A stretch of 32,000 nucleotides of DNA from Candidatus Pelagibacter sp. HTCC7211. GTDB taxonomy: Bacteria > Pseudomonadota > Alphaproteobacteria > Pelagibacterales > Pelagibacteraceae. Location of the stretch: NCBI RefSeq assembly GCF_000155895.1, contig NZ_DS995298.1:1-32000 (forward strand). The letters run 5' to 3'. The notes beneath the pieces are model-generated. The model searched no databases and had not been told where the DNA came from. It saw only the letters and a list, made by a program, of their open reading frames with translations. The translations under genes were made by a program, and so were the position numbers. Positions 9,208 through 17,267 of this stretch are shown one piece after another. Each line of letters starts with the position of its first letter. Position 1 is the first letter of the stretch.

Positions 9208-10257
9208 TTAAAGATTATTAAGTGCATCATTTTTTGCTAACTTTAGATCTTCATCGATCATTTCTTTTACTAGTTGTTCAAATGATATTTTAGGAACCCA
9301 GTTTAATTTATCTTTTGCTTTACTGGCATCTCCAAATAAATTTTCAACTTCTGTTGGTCTAAAATATCTTGGATCTACTTTTATGATATCTTCACCATTA
9401 AAAGAACCAACTTCATTTAATCCTTTTCCATTCCAATCAATTTTCATATTTAGATTTTTTGAAGCTAAATTGATAAAATCTCGAACTGAAAATTGTGTAC
9501 CAGTTGCAATAACAAAATCCTCTGGTTTTTGTTGTTGTAACATTAACCATTGCGCTTCAACAAAATCTTTAGCATGTCCCCAGTCTCTCAATGAACTTAG
9601 ATTTCCTATATATAAATTTTTTTGAATTCCTAATTTTATTCTTGCTAAAGCTCTTGTGATCTTCCTAGTAACAAAAGTTTCGCCCCGAACGGGGCTTTCA
9701 TGATTAAATAAAATTCCATTACAAGCATAAATACCATAAGCTTCTCTATAATTTACTGTTATCCAGTAAGCATACAATTTAGCAACTCCGTATGGACTTC
9801 TTGGATAAAATGGTGTCTGTTCATTTTGAGGAGTTTCTTTTGTAGCTCCATATAATTCAGATGTCGATGCTTGATAGTATTTTATTTTTTTTTCTAATTT
9901 TAAAATTCGAATTGCTTCCAAAATTCTAAGGGCTCCTAAAGCATCAGAGTTTGCAGTATATTCAGGTTGCTCAAAGGATACTGCAACATGACTTTGTGCA
10001 GCTAAATTATAAATTTCATCAGGCTTAACTTCTTGGATAATTCTAATTAAAGAGGTTCCATCTGTTAAATCGCCATGATGTAAAATAAAGTTTCTATTTT
10101 GTTCATGAGGATCTTGATATAAATGATCTATTCTATCTGTATTAATTAAAGAAGTTCTTCTTTTAATGCCATGTACTTCGTAACCTTTATTAAGTAAAAA
10201 TTCAGCAAGATAAGATCCATCTTGACCCGTTATTCCAGTTATTAAAGCTTTTTTCAT
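9208..10257 (-). CDS. gmd: GDP-mannose 4,6-dehydratase
   Basis: '[31 protein letters not shown]', '[10 protein letters not shown]', '[27 protein letters not shown]' and '[22 protein letters not shown]' are near-identical in pattern to E. coli Gmd. Confidence 0.92.
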   Translation of the reverse strand: MKKALITGITGQDGSYLAEFLLNKGYEVHGIKRRTSLINTDRIDHLYQDPHEQNRNFILHHGDLTDGTSLIRIIQEVKPDEIYNLAAQSHVAVSFEQPEYTANSDALGALRILEAIRILKLEKKIKYYQASTSELYGATKETPQNEQTPFYPRSPYGVAKLYAYWITVNYREAYGIYACNGILFNHESPVRGETFVTRKITRALARIKLGIQKNLYIGNLSSLRDWGHAKDFVEAQWLMLQQQKPEDFVIATGTQFSVRDFINLASKNLNMKIDWNGKGLNEVGSFNGEDIIKVDPRYFRPTEVENLFGDASKAKDKLNWVPKISFEQLVKEMIDEDLKLAKNDALNNL

Positions 10258-10275
10258 ATAAACTACTTCTTTATA

Positions 10276-11268
10276 TTAAAGAATTTTCTTAATATCTATC
10301 ATAGCTTGCTTAAGATCATATCTATATTTCCAATTTAACTCTTTTATTGCTTTATTAGCACTACAAAAAGACTCTGCCACATCTCCTGTTCTTCTTTTTG
10401 TAAATTTAAAAGAGATAAGAATTCCAGTATGCTTTTCAAATGACCTTATCACTTCTAAAACGCTTGACCCTTTACCAGTACCAAAATTATAAATCTTTAA
10501 ACCTTTTTTTAGTCTATTGTTTTTTATCATTGCAACGTGTCCGTCAGCTAAATCCATCACATGAATATAATCTCTTACTCCTGTTCCATCTTTAGTTTTA
10601 TAATTTTTTCCAAATACTTTTAATATAGGTAATTTTTTTTGAGCAACCTTTATAATGCAAGGAATTAAATTATTTGGAATACCCTTAGGGTTTTCTTTTA
10701 TTAGCCCAGATGAGTGATTGCTTATTGGATTGAAGTATCTTGCAATTCTAATACTCCATCTATAATCAGATTTTACAAGATCCATTAAAATTCTCTCAAT
10801 AATATATTTAGTATTACCATATGGGTTTTTAATATTTCCAGTTTTGTTTGTTTCTTTTAAAGGTAGTAGTTGATTGTTATCATAAACGGTAGCTGATGAG
10901 CTGAATATTAGTTTGAATACGTTGCTCTTTCTCATACACTCCAACAAAGATAGTGTAGATCCAATATTGTTGTCAAAATAATCAATTGGTCTTCGAATAC
11001 TTTCAGCAACTGATTTTAAACCTGCACAATGAATTACAGCATAACAAGAAATTTTTTTAAAAATTGAGATTAACTTTTTTTTGTCCCTTATATCAACATC
11101 ATAAAAAGTTATTTTCTTGTCTGTAATAATTTCTAAATTTTTAATTACACTACTACGGCTATTTGAAAAATTATCAAGAATAATTGGATTATAACCATTT
11201 TTAAATAAAGATATAGCGCAATGAGAACCAATATACCCTGCACCACCTGTGATAAAAACATTTTTCAC
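10276..11268 (-). CDS. galE: UDP-glucose/UDP-hexose 4-epimerase (GalE family)
   Basis: It starts at a GTG at 11268, with no nearby in-frame ATG. 'VFITGGAGYIGSH', 'YGNTKYIIE' (Y-x-x-x-K) and 'DGTGVRDYIHVMDLADGH' are GalE-like. Substrate (Glc vs GlcNAc) cannot be called. Confidence 0.7.
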   Translation of the reverse strand: MKNVFITGGAGYIGSHCAISLFKNGYNPIILDNFSNSRSSVIKNLEIITDKKITFYDVDIRDKKKLISIFKKISCYAVIHCAGLKSVAESIRRPIDYFDNNIGSTLSLLECMRKSNVFKLIFSSSATVYDNNQLLPLKETNKTGNIKNPYGNTKYIIERILMDLVKSDYRWSIRIARYFNPISNHSSGLIKENPKGIPNNLIPCIIKVAQKKLPILKVFGKNYKTKDGTGVRDYIHVMDLADGHVAMIKNNRLKKGLKIYNFGTGKGSSVLEVIRSFEKHTGILISFKFTKRRTGDVAESFCSANKAIKELNWKYRYDLKQAMIDIKKIL

Positions 11269-11392
11269 TTTTTAATTTTTTGATTATTTAATTTATTATT
11301 ACCTAAATTAGCGATCTTCAATATAATAATAAATAATTTGTTTATTATTGATAGCTTAGATGTAACCTAAAACGTATAAGTTCTTATTTAAG

Positions 11393-11938
11393 TTAAAACT
11401 TTGCTTTTGCAATAAAATCTACAATTGAGAGAAGCCAAATATGATGAGTCATTTCTATTATATTATAGTTTTTACTATTTAACCATAAATTTATATTTCC
11501 AATTTTTCTTACTTTATTTTTTCCATCAAAACCAGTAAGTGTAATTACTTTACAACCAATTTTTTTTGCAAAATTTGCACCATTTATAATATTTTTAGAC
11601 TCTCCACTACTACTAATGCAAATTAATAAATCACCTTTATCAGCATAAGAAGATAAAGCTTTTTTAACCCAATTTTCATAACCGTAATCGTTTGAAAAAC
11701 AGGTTAAAAGATCAGCTTCATTAAAATTAATTGCTCTTATCTTGCACATCTTTGTTAGATCAACAGTGACATGACTTGCTATAGCAGCACTACCACCATT
11801 TCCCACTATAATAACTTTTTTTTTATCTTTTTTAATTTTTTTTAAAATTTCAACAATCTTTAAAAAATTTTTATTGTCATAATTTAAATGAATTTTAGAA
11901 AACTTATTTAGATAATTTGTAAAATAATTTTTTTTCAT
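11393..11938 (-). CDS. gmhA: SIS-domain sedoheptulose-7-phosphate isomerase (GmhA-like)
   Basis: A 181-aa protein with 'VIIVGNGGSAAIASHVTVDL' and 'LICISSSGESKNI', which are SIS/GmhA hallmarks. Heptose-pathway partners lie in the same island. Confidence 0.7.
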   Translation of the reverse strand: MKKNYFTNYLNKFSKIHLNYDNKNFLKIVEILKKIKKDKKKVIIVGNGGSAAIASHVTVDLTKMCKIRAINFNEADLLTCFSNDYGYENWVKKALSSYADKGDLLICISSSGESKNIINGANFAKKIGCKVITLTGFDGKNKVRKIGNINLWLNSKNYNIIEMTHHIWLLSIVDFIAKAKF

Positions 11939-12100
11939 AATAGATATATATATAGGTAAAAATTATTTTTATATAATAATTTCAATTAAAATTTAGAGTA
12001 AATTATATAATATATAAAAACAAAACTATTCGTTGTTTTAATAAAAAAAAATTGATTAATCAAAAATTGTTTATTATTAACTTAAATATAATTTAATTTT
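11939..12100. promoter_or_regulatory. Divergent intergenic region (162 nt) between gmhA (-) and the HAD phosphatase gene (+)
   Basis: Called from position only. Confidence 0.35.
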
Positions 12101-12457
12101 ATGAAGTTAAAAACTATCTGTTTTGATATTGATAATATCATTTGTAAAACTAATAATAAAAACGATTACTCAAAATCGTCACCTATAAAAAAAAATATAA
12201 AGATTATAAATAAAGCTTATGATAAAGGGCATAACATAATTCTATATACAGCAAGGTATATGGGTAGATGTAATGGAAACTTAAGAAAAGTAAATAAACT
12301 AATAAAACCTTTAACATTAAAACAACTAGAAAATTGGAGGGTAAAGTATCATAAAATTTATTTTGGAAAACCAAGTTTTGATTTATTTATTGATGATAAG
12401 TCTCTATTTTTTAAAAAAAATTGGGCAAATTTGTTAAAGAAAAAATTAAAGATTTAA
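12101..12457 (+). CDS. Minimal HAD-superfamily phosphatase (candidate sugar-bisphosphate phosphatase)
   Basis: 'ICFDIDNIIC' is HAD motif I (D-x-D), 'ILYTAR' motif II (T) and 'GKPSFDLFIDDK' motifs III/IV (K ... DD). At 118 aa it has no cap domain. Confidence 0.55.
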   Translation: MKLKTICFDIDNIICKTNNKNDYSKSSPIKKNIKIINKAYDKGHNIILYTARYMGRCNGNLRKVNKLIKPLTLKQLENWRVKYHKIYFGKPSFDLFIDDKSLFFKKNWANLLKKKLKI

Positions 12458-13311
12458 ATTATTAATTGTGATTTAGATGCTTCATTTAATAAATTTAAAT
12501 CCTCTCTACTAATAATTTCGTAATTTTTTTTTATTTGAGTTTTTTTATTGTAATTTTTTTCAAAAAATTCATCATATGTGAAACTTTTAAATTCATTTGA
12601 ACTTATTCCCTTTGGAAATATAGTAATTACCTCCATATCATGTGTTAATTTTTTGATTTTTTTTATATAGGACTCATAAATTGGTTCTCCAATCCGCGGA
12701 TCGCTATTTGAATAAAAATGGCCCTCGAGCTTAGGCGTGCCTAAATAATCACAGCCAATTAATATTATTCTCTTAAAACCTAAATATTTAGAAATACCGA
12801 TCATTATCCCCAAAGAACCCTCTGTACAATTGAAATTGTTAGTCAAATCATATTCAAACTCACCATTAGTTGATTTGAGATCTTTAAAAGAATAGAAAAA
12901 ATTAAGCAATTTGGGTCTCTTAAAAAAACCATAATAATTTGATAAATTTATAAAAAATCTTGTCTGCTTAGCTTTTTTAAAAATATTTTTGTAAATTTTA
13001 AGTCTATAATTAATATACAACTTAGATTTATAACGACCACTATAGTTAAATGGATAAAAATCATGTTTTTGAGGAATTACATAAAAATCTGGTTTTAAAT
13101 TCTCAATTTCTTTGTGGAACATGGCATATGTTGTTCCCATATAAAAGAAACCTTCATGCCTTTTTATATCAAAATATTTTATTGAGCCTCCATTTCCTAT
13201 AATTACACAAGAATTTCCTTTATATAAATTCTCTAAAGTTTTGTTCTTTTTTAATTTACTTTTATGTAATCTCCAAAAAAAGTTTAAAAAAGATTTTATT
13301 AATAGCTTCAT
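12454..13311 (-). CDS. Uncharacterised protein with GT42 (Cst-II)/DUF115 (Maf)-like features; candidate nonulosonic-acid transferase
   Basis: 'CVIIGNGGSIKYFD' resembles the N-terminal 'IIAGNGPSLKEIDY' nucleotide-sugar loop of Cst-II/Maf proteins. 'GIMIGISKYLGFKRIILIGCDYLG' resembles 'GVYMCAVAIALGYKEIYLSGIDFY'. This is a by-eye match only. Confidence 0.35.
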   Translation of the reverse strand: MKLLIKSFLNFFWRLHKSKLKKNKTLENLYKGNSCVIIGNGGSIKYFDIKRHEGFFYMGTTYAMFHKEIENLKPDFYVIPQKHDFYPFNYSGRYKSKLYINYRLKIYKNIFKKAKQTRFFINLSNYYGFFKRPKLLNFFYSFKDLKSTNGEFEYDLTNNFNCTEGSLGIMIGISKYLGFKRIILIGCDYLGTPKLEGHFYSNSDPRIGEPIYESYIKKIKKLTHDMEVITIFPKGISSNEFKSFTYDEFFEKNYNKKTQIKKNYEIISREDLNLLNEASKSQLII

Positions 13312-13419
13312 ATTTTTTTATTATATCATTACTTTTAGAAAAAAAATATGAGTTTAATCTAATTTACTTGTTTCAAAATTATTTAATTTAATTTATTATT
13401 CAAAAAAAGAGCCGTTGCT
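13312..13419. promoter_or_regulatory. Divergent intergenic region (108 nt)
   Basis: It lies between divergent starts at 13311 (-) and 13420 (+). Called from position only. Confidence 0.35.
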
Positions 13420-14178
13420 ATGAAATTTAAAATTAAAAATAAAACAGCACTTATTATTGGAGCAAGTAAAAATATAGGTAGAAGTATCTCAGTTGCTCTA
13501 GCAAAAGAAAAAGTTGCACTGATTATGGTAGCTAGATCAAGAGATAAATTGACTAAATTAAAAAAAGAAGTTGATAAATACTCAAAAAATAACTCTATAA
13601 TAAAAATAGACCTGAGTATAAAAAGTAACATTAATAAGCTTATTAATAAAGTTAACAAAAATCATAAAAAAATTGATATAATTATTCATAATTTAGGTGG
13701 ATCACTTAGCATTAAAGATCCATTTGCTTCATCTGTAAAATGGTCAAAAGTTTGGAATATCAATTTGGGTTATGCTATTGATATTAATAATTTTTTTATC
13801 CCTAAAATGGCTTTAAATAAATGGGGTCGTGTCATTCATATATCTTCAGCAATAACAACTTCTTTTGATGGATACTCACCATATGCTTCCGCAAAATGTG
13901 CCTTAGAGGGATATATTAAATCTGTCAGTAAAGTAGTTTCAAGAAATAATGTTATTATTAGTGGTATAGCACCTGGATTAATTGATAAAGAAGAGGGATA
14001 TTTTAATTATTTAAAAAATAATAATATTTTAAAATTAAATGAATATTATCAAAATAAATTACCTATTCATAGAATGTGTACGCCAGCTGAAGTAGCAAAT
14101 ACAGTAAAATTTTTATGCTCTGATCTTTCTTCATATCTTCCGGGTGTAATTATTAAACAAGATGGTGTGGGAAATTGA
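13420..14178 (+). CDS. Classical short-chain dehydrogenase/reductase
   Basis: 'ALIIGASKNIGRSI' is the T-G-x3-G-x-G variant, 'IIIHNLGG' the NNAG variant, and 'ISSA...YASAKCAL' the catalytic S/Y/K set. Confidence 0.8.
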   Translation: MKFKIKNKTALIIGASKNIGRSISVALAKEKVALIMVARSRDKLTKLKKEVDKYSKNNSIIKIDLSIKSNINKLINKVNKNHKKIDIIIHNLGGSLSIKDPFASSVKWSKVWNINLGYAIDINNFFIPKMALNKWGRVIHISSAITTSFDGYSPYASAKCALEGYIKSVSKVVSRNNVIISGIAPGLIDKEEGYFNYLKNNNILKLNEYYQNKLPIHRMCTPAEVANTVKFLCSDLSSYLPGVIIKQDGVGN

Positions 14179-14185
14179 AAAAAAA

Positions 14186-14962
14186 ATGACTAATAAATCA
14201 AAACTATCTTTTCATAATGGATTTGAAATCTATGAATCAAATAATATCAAATTATTAACTAAATTAAGAACTGATATTTATTTTGAGATGAAAAAAATCT
14301 TTAAGTTAAGTGAAAAAAATCCTGAGAAAGGATTAAATCATTTTCATAAAGCTGTAGGCAACTTATCTAGTAAGGATCTTAATGCAAAAAGAAAAAAATT
14401 AATTAATACAGTAACAAAAAAAATTAATTTTGGAGAAATTATTTTTAAAGCATTTGAAAAGTATCTAGTTAATAATTTAGGTCCAGATATAATTGTTCAG
14501 AAAAACTGTAATATTGTAATCCAAATGCCAAATGATCCAAATCCATCTGAGATCCATAGAGATGCACCTCTAAACTCGGCATATGAAATTGTAGCATGGA
14601 TACCTCTTGTAGATTGCTATAAATCTAAAGCAATGTATATTCTGGATTACCCTTCAACCAAAAAAGCATTAAAATTTTTAAAAAAAAATACTAAAGATTG
14701 GAAAAAGTTTGAAATTTATAGCAAAAAAATAAAATCAAATCCTGAAGTAAAATTTGGACAGGGACTGTTTTTTTCTTCATGTCTAATTCATGGATCTGAC
14801 ATTAATGTAGAAAAAGAAACAAGAATTAGTTTAAATATAAGATTTAAATCATTATTCTCACCGGCTGGTAAAAAAAATCAGCTTCAATACTTTAAATCTT
14901 TAAAACTTAGTAATATTTCAAATATTGGAATAGATTTTGAATCCGGTAACTTATTTGATTAA
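14186..14962 (+). CDS. 2OG-Fe(II) oxygenase (PhyH-like), carbohydrate-cluster type, copy 1
   Basis: The facial triad is 'IHRD' ... 'LIHGS', with the 2OG-binding Arg in 'ETRISLNIRF'. It is collinear with ORF 24748-25545. The ORF track starts at ATG 14162 inside the upstream SDR. ATG 14186 lies 7 nt after that SDR's stop and is my preferred start. Confidence 0.65.
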   Translation: MTNKSKLSFHNGFEIYESNNIKLLTKLRTDIYFEMKKIFKLSEKNPEKGLNHFHKAVGNLSSKDLNAKRKKLINTVTKKINFGEIIFKAFEKYLVNNLGPDIIVQKNCNIVIQMPNDPNPSEIHRDAPLNSAYEIVAWIPLVDCYKSKAMYILDYPSTKKALKFLKKNTKDWKKFEIYSKKIKSNPEVKFGQGLFFSSCLIHGSDINVEKETRISLNIRFKSLFSPAGKKNQLQYFKSLKLSNISNIGIDFESGNLFD

Positions 14963-15371
14963 ATCATTTTATTGTTGTATTGACAGTCTTCTTCCGGCAA
15001 CACAGCCAGAGCAACATATAATCTGTGAAAAAATAGCTAGCTTAAATAATGGAAAAATAATATTTTATGGAGCAGAAGATGTTTTGGTTACTAAGTACCA
15101 ACCATTTATTTATGAAAAGTTACGCAGGACACCTAAAATTGATGGTGTTATCTTCTTTACAATAGATCAGTTTTGTTATGAAAATTCTTTTAATATCGAT
15201 TTAATTCGAAAAATAATTGAATTAAAAATAAGTATACACTTTGCTAGAGAAAATATTTCATATTTTAATTTAAAAGAAGTTAAAAACGATTTACCACAAA
15301 TATATTCTTATTTTTATTCATTTAATAGAGCTAGAAGAAAATATGCAAGTAATATAAAAAAAATATTATAA
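14937..15371 (+). CDS. Small uncharacterised partner protein of the 2OG oxygenase, copy 1
   Basis: It immediately follows and overlaps the oxygenase. The start is ATG 14937 or an in-frame TTG at 14955. It is a divergent by-eye paralog of ORF 24359-24751: 'LPATQPEQHIICEKIASLNNGKII' vs 'IPQSIQNLAIRDYCSRNNIMYL', 'DGVIFFTIDQF' vs 'EDIILYSLFQL', 'ISIHFARENISY' vs 'KIYFALENRIF'. Confidence 0.5.
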   Translation: MNPVTYLIKSFYCCIDSLLPATQPEQHIICEKIASLNNGKIIFYGAEDVLVTKYQPFIYEKLRRTPKIDGVIFFTIDQFCYENSFNIDLIRKIIELKISIHFARENISYFNLKEVKNDLPQIYSYFYSFNRARRKYASNIKKIL

Positions 15372-15372
15372 T

Positions 15373-16584
15373 TTAGTTTAACCACCATTGATTTTTTTTC
15401 AAAAAATCACTACCAATTCTTCCTTTAATTTCCCCATGATATAATTTTGAATTAAATATTTTTTTACTTGGAAAAATTTTGATAAATTTTTCATTCAATT
15501 TATCACCTTCTTTGTCTTTCCATTCTTTTATATTTCTTTTTGCAGCTTCAATAGCCAATTTTTCTATCTCGTCAGCTGAATTTTGCATTAATTCAATACC
15601 TGCATCCTTAAAGTTTTTTGATTTAAGATATACTGCCGACTCACTATTTGTTATTTCTGAAATAGTTAGTCTTCTTGATAATTTTTTACTATAGTAGTGA
15701 CAGGGTATTGATAACAAACTTGAACATTCCATTCTTAAATCAAATAATGGCGCTATATTAACATAAATGTTTGGTTTTCGAAACATGAGGGTAATGCCAT
15801 CAAATCCTGTTCCTGTTGTTAAACAGAATTCACATTGTGAGCCTAAATAAATATCCATAAAGTCAGTTCTTAAATTATTATACGCGTAGTCAATTATCAT
15901 TTTATTATTTGTATCAATTGGTTTTTTTACAACAGCACCCATCCTTATCACGTAATATCCTAGTTTAGTTAATGCCTCACAAGCATTTACAAAATCATTT
16001 ATATCTGCATCACGATAATCATGAATGCTTATTTTTTTACCGTATAATTTTTCTAGATAAGATGAATCCCTTACGATAAGACAAACAAATTTTGCTTTTT
16101 TTGGTAATCCGATTCTTGCTCTTTCTTTTTCTCCATTAATTAAATCATAATTATTTAATTTTATGGTAGCTGGATATTGATCTAATAAATTTAATATATC
16201 TCGTTGACCACATAATGTATTTCCACATCTTAAAAACTTTAAAAATTTGAAATAACGAATTTGAAGACATAATGGCCTTAAAATAAATCTTGGAAATATT
16301 GTCAATTCCTCTCTCCAAAGTCTTTCAAGCGTTTTATTACATACATTTTTACGTCCTAAATAAAATAGATCTATTGATTTAATTTTCTTTTTTTTTTTTT
16401 CTAAAAGATATAACTCTGTATCTAATGTAAAATGCCCAATTCTATCAGACCTTAGAAAGCCAACTTTTATTTTGATAAATGGATAAATAACAATAAGAAA
16501 AAATAAAAAAGGTAATGAAAGAGGTAACGTTAAAAAAAGGTCTAATTCATATTTTAATATTCCTATAATTCTTTTATTTATCAT
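15373..16584 (-). CDS. Membrane-anchored uncharacterised protein, putative glycosyltransferase
   Basis: An N-terminal hydrophobic segment ('FLTLPLSLPFLFFLIVIYPFI') precedes a soluble domain of about 340 aa. 'FVCLIVRDSSYL...DYRDADINDF...LTKLGYYVIRMG' recalls a poorly characterised putative GT family from memory. The ATG overlaps the upstream stop by 1 nt. Confidence 0.3.
   Translation of the reverse strand: MINKRIIGILKYELDLFLTLPLSLPFLFFLIVIYPFIKIKVGFLRSDRIGHFTLDTELYLLEKKKKKIKSIDLFYLGRKNVCNKTLERLWREELTIFPRFILRPLCLQIRYFKFLKFLRCGNTLCGQRDILNLLDQYPATIKLNNYDLINGEKERARIGLPKKAKFVCLIVRDSSYLEKLYGKKISIHDYRDADINDFVNACEALTKLGYYVIRMGAVVKKPIDTNNKMIIDYAYNNLRTDFMDIYLGSQCEFCLTTGTGFDGITLMFRKPNIYVNIAPLFDLRMECSSLLSIPCHYYSKKLSRRLTISEITNSESAVYLKSKNFKDAGIELMQNSADEIEKLAIEAAKRNIKEWKDKEGDKLNEKFIKIFPSKKIFNSKLYHGEIKGRIGSDFLKKNQWWLN
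16388..16400. repeat. 13-nt homopolymeric T (A13 on the coding strand) inside the putative glycosyltransferase gene
   Basis: Counted directly: positions 16388-16400 are all T. The tract encodes the 'EKKKKK' stretch at about codons 62-67 of ORF 15373-16584. Confidence 0.9.
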
Positions 16585-17267
16585 TACTTTACTAAATTAT
16601 AATTTTTAACTGTGCCTATATCTATGAATAGTTTATCAGTTTTGTATGCTGCAATTTTATTTTCCATTGAACCAAGAACTTCTTTACTAAAATCATATGA
16701 CTCAGGAAATTTTTCAAAAAAAATTTTTAGAAATTCTTTAGATAATATGTAAACAGCACTATTAGCTTCATTTCCATAATTTTTATTCATCTTTTCATAA
16801 AATTTTGTGACTATGTTTTTATTATTTTTTTTGATTATTCCACAGGTTGATGGAGTATCTGTTTCAAACGTCATCATACTTAATTGACAGCTCTTAGGTC
16901 TATTTATATGAAAATTTATAAAATCTTTTAGATCATCTAAAGTATAGTTATCTGCATGTATAAAAAAACCATCTTGTTCATCAAAAAAAGAAATATTGTT
17001 TAATAAAGTTCCAGCTGTTCCTAATAATTCTTTTTCATAAACAACTTTTATTGATTTTTTATATTTTGAAGTATTTATATAATCATTAACTTTTTCACTA
17101 AGATAATGAGTATTAATTAGAAAATCACTTATGCCAGCATTTGATAATTTATCTAGCCATATTTCAAGTAATGGTATTCCTTTAATTGGCATAAGACACT
17201 TTGGAGTATTATTAGTATATGGCCTTAATCGCATACCTTTGCCAGCACACAATAATATTGCCTTCAT
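16584..17267 (-). CDS. Sugar-1-phosphate nucleotidyltransferase (HddC/GDP-heptose-type NTP_transferase)
   Basis: 'MKAILLCAGKGMRLRPYTNNTPKCLMPIKGIPLLE' is the G-x-G-x-R-L nucleotidyltransferase loop and resembles the Campylobacter HddC N-terminus. It overlaps the upstream gene with ATGA. Confidence 0.7.
   Translation of the reverse strand: MKAILLCAGKGMRLRPYTNNTPKCLMPIKGIPLLEIWLDKLSNAGISDFLINTHYLSEKVNDYINTSKYKKSIKVVYEKELLGTAGTLLNNISFFDEQDGFFIHADNYTLDDLKDFINFHINRPKSCQLSMMTFETDTPSTCGIIKKNNKNIVTKFYEKMNKNYGNEANSAVYILSKEFLKIFFEKFPESYDFSKEVLGSMENKIAAYKTDKLFIDIGTVKNYNLVK

Noticed and set aside
11325-11349. A perfect 9-bp inverted repeat (AATAATAAA, 7-nt loop, TTTATTATT) in the gmhA-galE spacer, considered as a possible intrinsic terminator
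   Set aside because: The stem is entirely A/T, so it is very weak. It has no distinct trailing U-tract beyond the background. Such repeats are expected by chance in DNA of this composition.
14162-14185. The upstream ATG start for oxygenase copy 1 given in the ORF track
   Set aside because: It would overlap the SDR gene by 17 nt. The in-frame ATG at 14186 lies 7 nt after the SDR stop and gives an N-terminus of similar length to the paralog. I cannot exclude the longer form.
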